Assembly (NCBI GenBank): GCA_900319345.1
Contig: ONNZ01000008.1
Span: 14,057 to 78,056, forward strand
From: an uncultured Eubacteriales bacterium
GTDB lineage: Bacteria; Bacillota; Clostridia; Christensenellales; CAG-138
Reading direction: 5' to 3'
Length of the DNA: 64,000 bases
Within the stretch, counting starts at the first letter, position 1, and every line of letters starts with the position of its first letter. Made by a program: the position numbers and the translations under genes. Positions 47,076-56,535 of this stretch are shown here, one piece after another. The notes under the pieces were generated by a model. It did not search any database, was not told the origin of the DNA, and saw only the letters and a program-made list of their open reading frames with translations.

Positions 47076-49430
47076 TTACCGCGCCAGGCGGCCGGCCACG
47101 TACTTCAATATGGCCTTGGCGTCCAGGCTGGTGACCTGGCCGTCCCCGTCCATGTCCGCAGCTGCCAGCTTCGGATCGGACAGGTCTATGAGCCCCGCGT
47201 CGTACCGCAGGACCAGGGCCGCGTCGGCGGCGGAGACCAGCCCGTCCCCGTTCACGTCCCCCTGGCTCAGGCGCACGGCCGGCTCCTCGGTGGGCTTCTT
47301 GGTGGGGGTGGCGTCAGGCTCGTCGTCCTCCAACGCCACGTAATCCTTGTGGATGTACCCGTACTTGCCGGACCGGTTCACCTTCAGGAAGTACCAGTTC
47401 CCGTCCCGCAGGTACACGGTCAGCTCCGTGCCGCTCTTGAGACCGCTGTCCACCAGATCGTAATCGGTGCTGGGCCCCTTGCGCATGTTCACGCCGCTCT
47501 TGACCAGGGTGCCGATGACCGCCTTGCGGATCATCTCCTCCGTAGGCTCCGTGTAGGGCCCCTTGGGGGTGGGCGCCGGGGTAGGCGTGGGCGTGGGCGT
47601 AGGCGCGGGGGTGTCCGTGGGCGCAGGGGTGTCCGTGGGCGCAGGGGTGTCCGTGGGCTCCGGCGTATCCGTGGGCTCCGGCGTATCCGTGGGCGCAGGG
47701 GTGTCCGTAGGCTCAGGGGTATCCGTGGGCTCCGGCGTATCCGTAGGCTCAGGGGTATCCGTGGGCTCCGGCGCGTCCGTAGGCTCCGGGGCGTCCGTGG
47801 GCTCCGGCGCGTCCGTAGGCTCCGGCGCGTCCGTGGGCTCCGGCGCATCCGTAGGTTCCGGGGCGTCCGTAGGCTCCGGCGTGTCCGTAGGCGCAGGCTC
47901 CGGCGTATCCGTGGGCGCGGGCGTGTCCGTGGGCGCGGGCGTGGGCGTGGGTTCCTCTTCGGGCTCCTTCTCAGACAGATTCTTCTTGGCGACGAAGCCC
48001 TGGACCCCGGTAACAAGATCGATCCCGTAGTACCAGTCGCCGCTGGCCTTATACACGCCGAACCGGCCCTTGAAGGGCAGGCGGGCGCAGACGTCCCCGT
48101 TGGAGGAGGCCTTGCTCATGACCTCGGCGCCGCTGACCGCGACCCAAAGGGTCTTGGTGATGCTGTGGTTATGGGACCCGGTCATGGCCGCCACGATCCC
48201 GGCGGTGGACAGGTCCGCCTGGGAGGAGATCGTGGTGCCGTCGCTCCTGGTCAGCTCCGCGCCGGGGTAATAAAACTTCAGGATGTCCACATAGCTGTAG
48301 CCCAGATCCGCCATGCGGGCCGCACCTTTCTGGGACATGCCCTTCCGGTGGCCCTTGCTCTGGCCCCAACACAGGAGCCACTGACCCCCCTTCACCCGGG
48401 TGGCGAAGCGGATGCTGTTGTCGGACAGGATCACGTTCTTCTTAGCAAGCTCGTCGAAGGTCACGTCCAGGGTCTTGGTGCTCTCGCTCCCCCCCTGCGT
48501 CACCTTCATGGTGATCTTGAAGCCGCTTTGGGGCGTGGTGTCCTGGGGGTACCCCTCCACGTCCTTGATCTCGACGATGGCGTCCGCCCCCGCCTTGGAG
48601 AGCAGGTAATCGTACAGCTTCTGGGGCAGGGTCTCGGGGGCGTTCCCCGTCACGGCGACCATCAGGTTCGTGGCGTCGGAGCGGGTGATGTCGAAGGGGT
48701 CGAACTTGTTGGCGTAAGCGGCGTCGTATTTGCCGCCCGGCTTGATCATGGCGCCGCCGTTGCTGGAGCTGTACACGGTCTTGACCGGCTTGCCGTCCAG
48801 CATCAGCGTCTCGTCCGCTACCTCCGCGGCGCAGGCGATGGCCTTGCTCGCCGAAGCATTGTAGCCGTGGTAGACCTGATCCTTGCTGGTGTCCTCCACG
48901 TCGTAGGCCTTGTCGCCGCTGACGCTCATCTCCGCCAGAGCGTAGCCCTTGGCCGCCAGCAGAGCGGCCTTGAGCAGATCCTCGTGGGAGTCCTTGTCCA
49001 CTTCGCAGATGGCCACGCCCAGCATGTAGTCCTCCATGCCCACGGAGTTCACTGCCCGGACGGCGCCGTTGGACACACTGAAGGTGACGCTGCCCCGATA
49101 GGTGCGCTCCTTCTCACCGGCGGTGGCCAGGGTGAAGAGGTTGGTCCGATCCTGGGCGGTCAGGGTGACCTTCTCGCCGGTGAACAGCTGGCCCAGCTCG
49201 CTGTGGGTCACCACCACCTCCGTGCCGGACACGGCCACGGTCAGGGTGCCGCCGGAGATCTCGGTGCCTTCGAGGGTGTAGGTCCCCGACAGGGTCAGGG
49301 TCAGAGTATCCCGGCCCTCCGTGGAGAGAAGCACCCGCACGGGGCTTTCCTCCGCCTGGGAGGGCGGTGGGAACGACAGGAGCCCCGCCAGCATGACCAG
49401 GGCGATGAAGATGCACAGTTTCTTTTTCAT
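47076..49430 (-). CDS. secreted SpoIID/LytB-domain protein with SH3-like modules, a hexapeptide-repeat linker and a C-terminal dockerin-like domain
   Basis: Signal peptide MKKKLCIFIALVMLAGLL. SpoIID-like core (DQVYHGYN...VYSSSNGGA). About 24 xPTDxP repeats. C-terminal GDVNGDGLVSAADAALVLRY...DMDGDGQVTSLDAKAILKY. Confidence 0.8.
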   Translation of the reverse strand: MKKKLCIFIALVMLAGLLSFPPPSQAEESPVRVLLSTEGRDTLTLTLSGTYTLEGTEISGGTLTVAVSGTEVVVTHSELGQLFTGEKVTLTAQDRTNLFTLATAGEKERTYRGSVTFSVSNGAVRAVNSVGMEDYMLGVAICEVDKDSHEDLLKAALLAAKGYALAEMSVSGDKAYDVEDTSKDQVYHGYNASASKAIACAAEVADETLMLDGKPVKTVYSSSNGGAMIKPGGKYDAAYANKFDPFDITRSDATNLMVAVTGNAPETLPQKLYDYLLSKAGADAIVEIKDVEGYPQDTTPQSGFKITMKVTQGGSESTKTLDVTFDELAKKNVILSDNSIRFATRVKGGQWLLCWGQSKGHRKGMSQKGAARMADLGYSYVDILKFYYPGAELTRSDGTTISSQADLSTAGIVAAMTGSHNHSITKTLWVAVSGAEVMSKASSNGDVCARLPFKGRFGVYKASGDWYYGIDLVTGVQGFVAKKNLSEKEPEEEPTPTPAPTDTPAPTDTPEPAPTDTPEPTDAPEPTDAPEPTDAPEPTDAPEPTDAPEPTDAPEPTDTPEPTDTPEPTDTPEPTDTPAPTDTPEPTDTPEPTDTPAPTDTPAPTDTPAPTPTPTPTPAPTPKGPYTEPTEEMIRKAVIGTLVKSGVNMRKGPSTDYDLVDSGLKSGTELTVYLRDGNWYFLKVNRSGKYGYIHKDYVALEDDEPDATPTKKPTEEPAVRLSQGDVNGDGLVSAADAALVLRYDAGLIDLSDPKLAAADMDGDGQVTSLDAKAILKYVAGRLAR
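47563..47965. repeat. 18-nt-period tandem repeat array (encodes EPTDAP/EPTDTP/APTDTP hexapeptides)
   Basis: Units such as ggctccggcgcgtccgta / ggctccggcgtatccgtg are repeated about 20 times; several adjacent units are identical. Confidence 0.9.
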
Positions 49431-49512
49431 GTCTCTGTATATACCATACGTGTGCCGAAAAGGGAATACCAGCGGAAAAATGTTGACGATTCTTTTGCAA
49501 TTTGTCCGAATA

Positions 49513-51126
49513 TCAGGGCTCCTGAGGCCGAAATTGGGAAATGATGGCTTCCGCGGCCCTGAGCCCGTCCACGGCGGAGGATACGATGCCCCCGGCGTAG
49601 CCCGCCCCCTCGCCCACGGGGTAGACCCCCCGATGGGTCAGGGACTGCATGGTCTCGTCCCGCAGGATGCGCACCGGGGCGGAGGTCCTCGACTCCACGG
49701 CGGTGAGGACCGCGTCGGGCATGTCGAAGCCCCGTATCTGCCGGGCGAAGGTGGCGAAGGCCTCCCGGAGCCCGTCCCCCACGAAGGGCGGCAGACACTG
49801 GTTCAGGTCCGCCCCCGTGACGCCGGGCCGGAAGGTGGGCGATACGGACCCGAAGCGAAGGGTCCTTCGGCCCGCCAGGAAGTCCCCCAGCCGGCAGGCG
49901 GGGGCCAGGCCCTCCCCGCCGCCCAGGTCCCAGGCGGCCTGCTCCAGCCTCTGCTGAAAGGCCATGCCGTCCAGGGCGCCCTGCCCGAAGTCCTCCGGGA
50001 ACACCTGGACCACCAGGGCGGCGTTGGCGTTCTCCCCAGCCCGGTCGAAGTTGCTCATGCCGTTGACCACCATCTCCCTGGGCCCCGCGCCAGAGGCCAC
50101 CACGAAGCCGCCGGGGCACATGCAAAAGGAGTAGACCCCCCGGCCTCCCGCCTGGGCGGTCAATTTATAGTCCGCAGCCCCCAGCTTGGGATGGCGGGCA
50201 AAGGGGCCGTACTGGCTTTCGTCGATGAGGCTTTGGGGGTGCTCCGCCCGGACCCCCACGGCGAAGGGCTTGGGAGCCATGGCAAAGCCGCTGTCGTATA
50301 GGTATCGGTAGGTGTCCCGGGCCCCCTGGCCGATGGCCAGGACCAGGGCGGCGCAGTCCACCCGCTGGGGCACGCCGTCGTGGACCAGGGTCACCGCAGA
50401 GAGCTGCCCGTCCTTGGCGTGGACGGCCTCCAGCTTGGTGGAGAAGCGGACCTGGCCGCCCAGAGCGACGATCTCCTCCCTAAGGTTCTTCACCACCTGC
50501 CGGAGCCGGTCCGTGCCCACGTGGGGCTTAGCCAGGACGCCGATCTCCTCCGGGGCCCCTGCGGCGATGAAGGCGTCCAGCACCGTGGCGCAGCGGGGGT
50601 CCTTGGATCGGGCCGTCAGCTTCCCGTCGGAGAAAGTGCCCGCCCCGCCCTCGCCGAAGAGGGGGTTGCTCTCGGGGTCCGCCCGACCGGTGCGCCAGTA
50701 GCTTTCCACGTCCCGGACCCGGTCGTCCATGGCCTTGCCCCGGTCGATGATCAACGGCTTATACCCCTCCTTCGCCAGAAGCCATCCGGCGAACAGGCCA
50801 CCGGGGCCCATGCCCGCCACCACGATACGGCCCTTCAGCGGCCTGTCGCCGTGGACCGGGGACAGCGCCTCCGGCTCCTGCCAGGCCTGGGCGTGGCGTT
50901 TTTTATCCCCCAGCACCCGCCGGGCCGCCCGGGGGGACAGGTCCGCCAGGACGTGGACGCTGAAAAACACGTCCCCCTTCTTCCGGGCGTCCACCGCCCG
51001 GCGCAGGACGCGTATTTTGCCTACGTCCTCCGGATCGACGTTCAGCTGCCGGATAAGGCCGGCGCGGAAGCTCTCGTCCGTGTCGTCCAGGTCCATCCGC
51101 AGGGCCGGGATCATCACTTGCATCAT
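49513..51126 (-). CDS. FAD-dependent oxidoreductase (COG2509-type uncharacterised dehydrogenase)
   Basis: Rossmann motif VVAGMGPGGLFAG and C-terminal GEGAGYAGGIVSSAVDG. Confidence 0.75.
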   Translation of the reverse strand: MMQVMIPALRMDLDDTDESFRAGLIRQLNVDPEDVGKIRVLRRAVDARKKGDVFFSVHVLADLSPRAARRVLGDKKRHAQAWQEPEALSPVHGDRPLKGRIVVAGMGPGGLFAGWLLAKEGYKPLIIDRGKAMDDRVRDVESYWRTGRADPESNPLFGEGGAGTFSDGKLTARSKDPRCATVLDAFIAAGAPEEIGVLAKPHVGTDRLRQVVKNLREEIVALGGQVRFSTKLEAVHAKDGQLSAVTLVHDGVPQRVDCAALVLAIGQGARDTYRYLYDSGFAMAPKPFAVGVRAEHPQSLIDESQYGPFARHPKLGAADYKLTAQAGGRGVYSFCMCPGGFVVASGAGPREMVVNGMSNFDRAGENANAALVVQVFPEDFGQGALDGMAFQQRLEQAAWDLGGGEGLAPACRLGDFLAGRRTLRFGSVSPTFRPGVTGADLNQCLPPFVGDGLREAFATFARQIRGFDMPDAVLTAVESRTSAPVRILRDETMQSLTHRGVYPVGEGAGYAGGIVSSAVDGLRAAEAIISQFRPQEP

Positions 51127-51138
51127 GGCTGTTTCCTC

Positions 51139-51171
51139 AAAAAAGCCCGACCGCCTGAAAGGCAGCCGGGC
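51139..51171 (-). terminator. intrinsic terminator after cdaR
   Basis: Minus strand reads GCCCGGCTGCC-tttca-GGCGGTCGGGC followed by TTTTTTG. Confidence 0.8.
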
Positions 51172-51184
51172 AGTCTCTGTTCTG

Positions 51185-52489
51185 TTACGGATTCTCTTCC
51201 GTTTGCGGCGTGGTCTCCGCCGTGACGGTGGACGCCAGCGACACCTGGACGCGCTGGTTCTGCAGGGCGACGATCACGTCGGGGAACCGATTCTGGTCCA
51301 GGCCCTGGACCACGGGGATCAGTTCCCAGTCCCCCGGGCCGTAGCCCGCCAGGTCCACCTTGACGGCGAGGCTCTCCGGCGTCACCTGCTCCACCTGCTT
51401 GAGGGGACCGCTGACCACCACGGTGGCTATGGTGGGCGCGCCGTCGACGATGGCAAGATCGCTTCCGACCCCCGTATAGGTCAACGGCACCTCCAGTTCG
51501 GTCTCCCCCGTCTTCTCCGTCACCACGGCGTTGAGGGTCACGGAGCTGCTCTGGCCCCGCTTCAGGGACACGCCCTCCGGCAGCACCAGCGTCAGATCCC
51601 GGGTGACCACGCCTCGCTCCGCCGGCAGCACCAGGGCCTGGGTGGAGACGGTGTCGATGGCCGCCAACGCCTCGCTGGTCCCGTAGAGGACCACGGAGGC
51701 AGGCGAAACCTGGTTGATGGATTCGTAGTAGACGTCGTCCTCCAGGGTGACCTCCGGACGGATGTTGACCAGCTTGTAGGCGGAAATGGTCGCCCGGACG
51801 GTCACGTTGGGGTTGTTCTGGCTGCGGGTGACCACGGTGACCTCGTTGTCGTTCTTGTCGTAGAAGACTACGTTGACGCTCTCCTCCACGTTTTCGGTCC
51901 GCCCCGTCAGATCCACGGTGGCCACGGCCCGCACCGTAGGCTCGATGTATCGGGCGGCGCCCTCCACGGTGATGGTGCTGACCATGCTTTCGGCCACCAC
52001 CTCATATCCCTCGGGCAGCGTCCCCGTCAGCTCCAGCTTCACGGGCACGGTCTTGACGATCAGGTTGTCCACCTCCACGGTGACGGTCCTGGGGTCCACG
52101 CTGGCCACGGTGCCCAGATTGGACTGGACCGTGACGCTGAGCGGCAGCCGATAGGTGCCCGCGGCGGAGATGGTGCCCAGGGAGGCCCGGCAGGTGATGC
52201 GGCTGGCGTCCAGGTCCGAATGGTTGGTGATGGTGGCGTTCACCTCCACGTCGGCCATGCCTAAGTCGGAGTTCACCAGGATCAGGTTTCGGCTCAGCAG
52301 GTCCGTATAGCCCTCCAGGGTGATGGGCACGTCGTCGATGGACTTGGAGCGGACCGGGTTCAGGGCCACCAGCACGTAGGCCCACAGCAGGATGGCGAAG
52401 ACCAGGGCCACGATCTTCAAGCCCAGGTTCCGGGTGAAAACGTCCTTGAGCCGATTGAGCAGGGCGGTGGTGAATAACTTGCGCTTCAT
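51185..52489 (-). CDS. cdaR: YbbR-domain protein (CdaR, regulator of diadenylate cyclase)
   Basis: N-terminal TM helix plus four YbbR-like repeats. Overlaps the cdaA stop (ATGA). Confidence 0.85.
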   Translation of the reverse strand: MKRKLFTTALLNRLKDVFTRNLGLKIVALVFAILLWAYVLVALNPVRSKSIDDVPITLEGYTDLLSRNLILVNSDLGMADVEVNATITNHSDLDASRITCRASLGTISAAGTYRLPLSVTVQSNLGTVASVDPRTVTVEVDNLIVKTVPVKLELTGTLPEGYEVVAESMVSTITVEGAARYIEPTVRAVATVDLTGRTENVEESVNVVFYDKNDNEVTVVTRSQNNPNVTVRATISAYKLVNIRPEVTLEDDVYYESINQVSPASVVLYGTSEALAAIDTVSTQALVLPAERGVVTRDLTLVLPEGVSLKRGQSSSVTLNAVVTEKTGETELEVPLTYTGVGSDLAIVDGAPTIATVVVSGPLKQVEQVTPESLAVKVDLAGYGPGDWELIPVVQGLDQNRFPDVIVALQNQRVQVSLASTVTAETTPQTEENP

Positions 52490-53349
52490 CGCTTGCTCTC
52501 CTCCTTTCGGCGGGACTGGTTCTTGCCGAAGGTCAGCCCGCTGATGTTCTTCTTCAGGAAGATGCTTTCCAGCAGGTTCCTGAGGGCCAGGCTGTCCAGG
52601 TACCGGATGAGCTTCCCGTCGTGAGCTAGGGAGATGGCGCCGGTCTCCTCGGAGACCACCAGCACCAGGCAGTCGGACACGGTGGACACGCCCAGGGCCG
52701 CCCTATGCCGAGTGCCCAGCTCCCGGGAGATGCCCGTCTCCTCGGAGAGGGGCAGGAAGCAGGCCGCCGCCACCAGGGTGGAGCCGCGGCAGATCACCGC
52801 TCCGTCGTGGAGGGGGGTGTTGGGTTCGAAGATGTTTTCGATCAGCGCGCCGGAGACCCGGCCCTCGATGGCCGTGCCGGTGCTGATGATGTCCCCCAGG
52901 CCCGTCTTCTGCTCGAAGACGATGAGGGCGCCCACCCGCCGCCGGCTCAGGCGCAGGATGGTCTTGTGCAGATCCTCGATCAGATCCTCCACGCCCATGT
53001 TCCCCGCCTCGCTGATGAGCTTGCCGATGGCCTTGCCGCTGCGGCCCAGCCGTTCCAGCACCCGGCGGATCTCCGGGGTGAAGAGGATGAAGATGACGAT
53101 GATGATGGTACCAGATTGGAGGATGGAGTCCAAAAGCCAGTTGAGGGTATACATGCTCAAGAGCTGGGTCGCCACGGAGGCGACGATCAACAGGCCCACG
53201 CCCTTGATGACCTCGTATGCCCGGGTATCCTTGGTCCAGACGATGAGCTTATAGAGCAGCACCGTCAGGATCGCTATGTCAAGAAGATCGTTCCAGCCGA
53301 ACTGGCCGAGACCGCTTCCCAGGGTTTTTAAGATCTCTTCAAAGCTCAA
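52486..53349 (-). CDS. cdaA: diadenylate cyclase CdaA
   Basis: Three N-terminal TM helices plus DAC-domain motifs (GALIVFE, HDGAVI, GTRHRAALG). TTG start at 53349 after AGGTGATGG. Confidence 0.92.
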   Translation of the reverse strand: MSFEEILKTLGSGLGQFGWNDLLDIAILTVLLYKLIVWTKDTRAYEVIKGVGLLIVASVATQLLSMYTLNWLLDSILQSGTIIIVIFILFTPEIRRVLERLGRSGKAIGKLISEAGNMGVEDLIEDLHKTILRLSRRRVGALIVFEQKTGLGDIISTGTAIEGRVSGALIENIFEPNTPLHDGAVICRGSTLVAAACFLPLSEETGISRELGTRHRAALGVSTVSDCLVLVVSEETGAISLAHDGKLIRYLDSLALRNLLESIFLKKNISGLTFGKNQSRRKEESKR

Positions 53350-53426
53350 ACTTCCATCACCTGCGTTCGAATCTACTAAGGTCTTCTATAGTATACCATT
53401 CATGTGTACAAATTGTCACGAAAATA

Positions 53427-55016
53427 TTACAGCTTTGTGAGAGTTTTCTCGGCCCGTTTTCCCATGATGAGCCGGATGGGCAGGGCCACCGCCAGCAGCA
53501 GGCCGCACAGGATGGCCGCGCCGGAGTACCCCATGAAGATGATCAGCGCCACGCCCCCGCCGATGAAGGCGAAGGTGATCAGCATGCTCAACATGACGCC
53601 GCCGCCCTGCTTCACCACCTCGGCGGGATTCTCCCAGTCGAACCGGGCGAAGTGGAGACCCAAAGCCAGCTCTACCACGGAGAAGGCCCAGGCAAAGAGG
53701 AGGCAGAGGCCGAAGATCAGCAGGGCGTTCCAGGCGGGGAGCCCCCAGGCGATGGTGAGGGCAAGGCCGCAGACAAGGCCGCCCGCCACAGGCGGAAGCA
53801 TGCTGACGAGGAGCTTGCTCCGAAGCCACACGTCGGCCCGGATGGGCAGGGCCTTAACGATATCGAGGCACTTCCCCTCCATGGACACGGAGGAGGTAGC
53901 GCTGAGGGACAGGCACTGGGCCGCCGCGATGACCAGGCCGAAGAGCAGTCCCGCCTGATCGCCCCGGCCGAAGACGTTCTCCAGCACCTCCAGGACGGGG
54001 GCCTTGCCCACCACGATCAGGGCCACGGTCATAAGGACGGCCATCAGGGTGCCCATGTCCGTGTTCATGATCCAGATGGGGGTGTTGTACTTCTGCCGCA
54101 ACTCCTTCTTGCAGAGGGCCGCCAGCACGCCGGTCTGCTTCTGCCGGCCCATGCGGAAGGTCTTGGAAGCCGCGGTGGCGTTGATGGCGCCGTAGAAGAA
54201 GGAAAAGCCCTTCACCGCGGCCAGGCACAGGAGCGCCAGCAGCGCCAGGGATATCCCCGCAAAGAGCAGGAAGGCGCCGACGTTGCCCTGGAGCCCGGCG
54301 ACGAAGAGGCCCGCCGGGGGATAGAGGGCGTTGACCCGGTTCTGCAGGATGCCGGCGATGTCGGCCATATTGCTGAACATGGTCCCTGCATTGAAGGAGA
54401 GGAACATGACCGCCAGCAGGAACAGCATGGAGAAGACCGTGGTGAAAAGGCTCTTGTTCTTCATCCGGGCCGTGAGCATGTTGACAAACAGGCCCGCGAG
54501 GCCGCCCACGCCCATGGGGATGAGCGGGGCCAGGAGCACCGTGAGGACGAGCACCGGCCAGAAGGCGGCGGGCAGATCCCCGACGACGATCCCACAGCAG
54601 ACGCCCGCCGTGAGGAGCATGCCCGCGTGGATGAGAAACTCCTCGAAATAGAGGGAGAAGAGGCGGGAAAGGACCACCGTCCGCCGGGAGAGGGGCAGCG
54701 TCAGCAGCGGGTCCAGGCTGGCCGAGGAGAACAGGACCGTGCCCGCCTTGGAGAGGGTGGTCACCGCGCCCAGGATCGACCCGGCCATGAACATGAGGGC
54801 CGGGGCCAGGGTGTAGCTGCTGCCGTCCAGGCCGCCCTTGAGCATGCCCATGCTGTACACGACGGACATGTACACGCAGGCCAGGAAGATGACGACGGTG
54901 GACGTGAGCCGCCGCCTCGCCCGTTTCTTGGCGCTTGCGTCAGAGGTGTTCTTCACGGCCGCAATGGGGAAGAACTCCATGAGCTGCAGGCGAATGAGAG
55001 GAAGGATCTGTTTCAT
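53427..55016 (-). CDS. polytopic ABC exporter permease
   Basis: About 529 aa with 12 or more hydrophobic helices. ATG 55016 forms an ATGA overlap with the ATPase gene; the track ORF has a 38-aa extension. Confidence 0.75.
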   Translation of the reverse strand: MKQILPLIRLQLMEFFPIAAVKNTSDASAKKRARRRLTSTVVIFLACVYMSVVYSMGMLKGGLDGSSYTLAPALMFMAGSILGAVTTLSKAGTVLFSSASLDPLLTLPLSRRTVVLSRLFSLYFEEFLIHAGMLLTAGVCCGIVVGDLPAAFWPVLVLTVLLAPLIPMGVGGLAGLFVNMLTARMKNKSLFTTVFSMLFLLAVMFLSFNAGTMFSNMADIAGILQNRVNALYPPAGLFVAGLQGNVGAFLLFAGISLALLALLCLAAVKGFSFFYGAINATAASKTFRMGRQKQTGVLAALCKKELRQKYNTPIWIMNTDMGTLMAVLMTVALIVVGKAPVLEVLENVFGRGDQAGLLFGLVIAAAQCLSLSATSSVSMEGKCLDIVKALPIRADVWLRSKLLVSMLPPVAGGLVCGLALTIAWGLPAWNALLIFGLCLLFAWAFSVVELALGLHFARFDWENPAEVVKQGGGVMLSMLITFAFIGGGVALIIFMGYSGAAILCGLLLAVALPIRLIMGKRAEKTLTKL

Positions 55017-55726
55017 TCCTTTTCCACCAGCTCCATAAAGAGCTCCTCCAAAGAATCGTTGCCCTTCACCGTATCCATGTCGCCCTGGGCCACCAGCTGG
55101 CCGTGGTTGATGATGGCCACCTTGTTGCACAGCTTCTCCGCCACCTCCAGCACGTGGGTGGAGAAGAAGATGGCGGCCCCGTTCTCGGTCATCTCCCGCA
55201 TGTACTGTTTCAGGGTGAAGGCGGCTTTGGGGTCCAGGCCCACGAAGGGCTCGTCCAAAAGGAGCAGCCGCGGCTCGTCGATGAGCGCGCCGATCAGCGC
55301 CAGCTTCTGCTTCATGCCGTGGGAAAAGGAGCCCACCATGTCGTTGAGCCGGTGGGTGATGCCGAAGGCGTCGGCGTACCTCTCGATCCTGGCCTGCCTT
55401 GTGGCGGCGTCCAGGCCGTAGATATCGGAAAGGAAGTTCAGGTACTGGATGCCGGTCAAATACCCGTACAGGTCCGGGTTGTCGGGGATATAGCGCATGA
55501 CCTTCTTGCAGGAAAGGGGGTCCTGCTTGATGGACACGCCGTTGACGAAGATGTCGCCGCCCTCGAAGTCGTGGATGCCCGCCACGGCCCGAAGGGTGGT
55601 GGTCTTGCCCGCGCCGTTGGGGCCGATGAAGGCGAAGATGTCGCCGGGGTGCACGTGCAGATTCAGGTCCTCTACGGCGGGCTTGCCCTTGCCGTAGGAT
55701 TTGGTGAAGTGTTCGATACGCAGCAT
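55013..55726 (-). CDS. ABC transporter ATP-binding protein
   Basis: Walker A GPNGAGKTT, signature FSHGMKQK, Walker B LLLLDEP. Confidence 0.93.
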   Translation of the reverse strand: MLRIEHFTKSYGKGKPAVEDLNLHVHPGDIFAFIGPNGAGKTTTLRAVAGIHDFEGGDIFVNGVSIKQDPLSCKKVMRYIPDNPDLYGYLTGIQYLNFLSDIYGLDAATRQARIERYADAFGITHRLNDMVGSFSHGMKQKLALIGALIDEPRLLLLDEPFVGLDPKAAFTLKQYMREMTENGAAIFFSTHVLEVAEKLCNKVAIINHGQLVAQGDMDTVKGNDSLEELFMELVEKE

Positions 55727-55731
55727 AAACG

Positions 55732-56202
55732 TTACTCCTTGTCAGGTTTCTTTCGGTACATCAGCTTCTTGGCGAAGAAGTTCCACAGCAGCACGATGAC
55801 GGCGGCGATGGCCTTAGAAAGCAGGTAGAAAAGCCCCAGCCCGTCGGTGAAGGCCCACATGAGGAGCTCCGTGAGCCCCAGGCCGATGAGGGAGATGACG
55901 ATGAACAGGACGAACTCCATCTGGGCGCTCATGTTGGCTTTCTTCCCGGAGAAGGCCAGGGTCTTGCTCAAGATGTAGTTGACGACGACGCCCAAAATGA
56001 AGCCGAAGACCCCCGCCACCAGGTAGTGGAGGCCCAGCTCCTTCAGCAGCCACACCGTGCAGAAGTCGGTGACGAAGGCGCAGCCGCCCACGATGATGTA
56101 GCGCAGGAACTGGAGGGTGGCGTTGTCCGTGGGCTTGTAGAGGAGCTCCCGCCAGCGCCAGGCTTTCAGGAGCGAGAAAATCTCTGCCCAGCTCCCGGTC
56201 AT
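55732..56202 (-). CDS. GtrA family membrane protein
   Basis: LQFLRYIIVGGCAFVTDF...NFFAKKLMY, a GtrA signature with four TM helices. ATG 56202 with GGAGGAGG; ATGA overlap with yhbY. Confidence 0.8.
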   Translation of the reverse strand: MTGSWAEIFSLLKAWRWRELLYKPTDNATLQFLRYIIVGGCAFVTDFCTVWLLKELGLHYLVAGVFGFILGVVVNYILSKTLAFSGKKANMSAQMEFVLFIVISLIGLGLTELLMWAFTDGLGLFYLLSKAIAAVIVLLWNFFAKKLMYRKKPDKE

Positions 56203-56474
56203 TGCTCCTCCTCCGGCTTTTGGCGGTAGATGACGATCTTCCTTCCGATGCACTGGATGGGCTCGGCATTGAGGGCCCGGCAGATCTTGTCGCACAGGTC
56301 CTTGGCGCTTTCGTCGCAGTTCTCGAGGACGGTGAGCTTGATGAGCTCCCGTTTGTTCAGCGCGTTGTCGATGCCCACCAGCATGTTCCCCGACAATCCC
56401 TCCTTGCCGATCTGGAAGATGGCGTTCAGGGCGTTGGCCTGCTTGCGGAATGCAGCTCTTTCTTTTCCGGTCAT
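56199..56474 (-). CDS. yhbY: ribosome-assembly RNA-binding protein YhbY (CRM domain)
   Basis: MTGKERAAFRKQANALNAIFQIGKEGLS...ELIKL... Position after obg is conserved. Confidence 0.88.
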   Translation of the reverse strand: MTGKERAAFRKQANALNAIFQIGKEGLSGNMLVGIDNALNKRELIKLTVLENCDESAKDLCDKICRALNAEPIQCIGRKIVIYRQKPEEEQ

Positions 56475-56535
56475 ATGTTTTCTCTCTCCTTTACAAACGG
56501 TATACACCTTCCACCAAGTGGAAAGTCAAGGGGTT

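Noticed and set aside
47563-47965. CRISPR-like regular repeats, also in the PT-linker tracts at about 7275-7375, 8195-8290, 10990-11100 and 14985-15110
   Set aside because: The period is 18 nt or less with no unique spacers, the tracts lie entirely inside coding sequence and are in frame (Pro/Thr/Glu/Asp linkers), and no cas genes are present.
47563-48030. 155-aa Gly/Val-rich plus-strand ORF (MGVGAGVGVGVG...) and the similar ORFs at 7270-7827, 7868-8347 and 14988-15806
   Set aside because: They are reverse-complement readings of the Pro/Thr linker repeats of real minus-strand genes.
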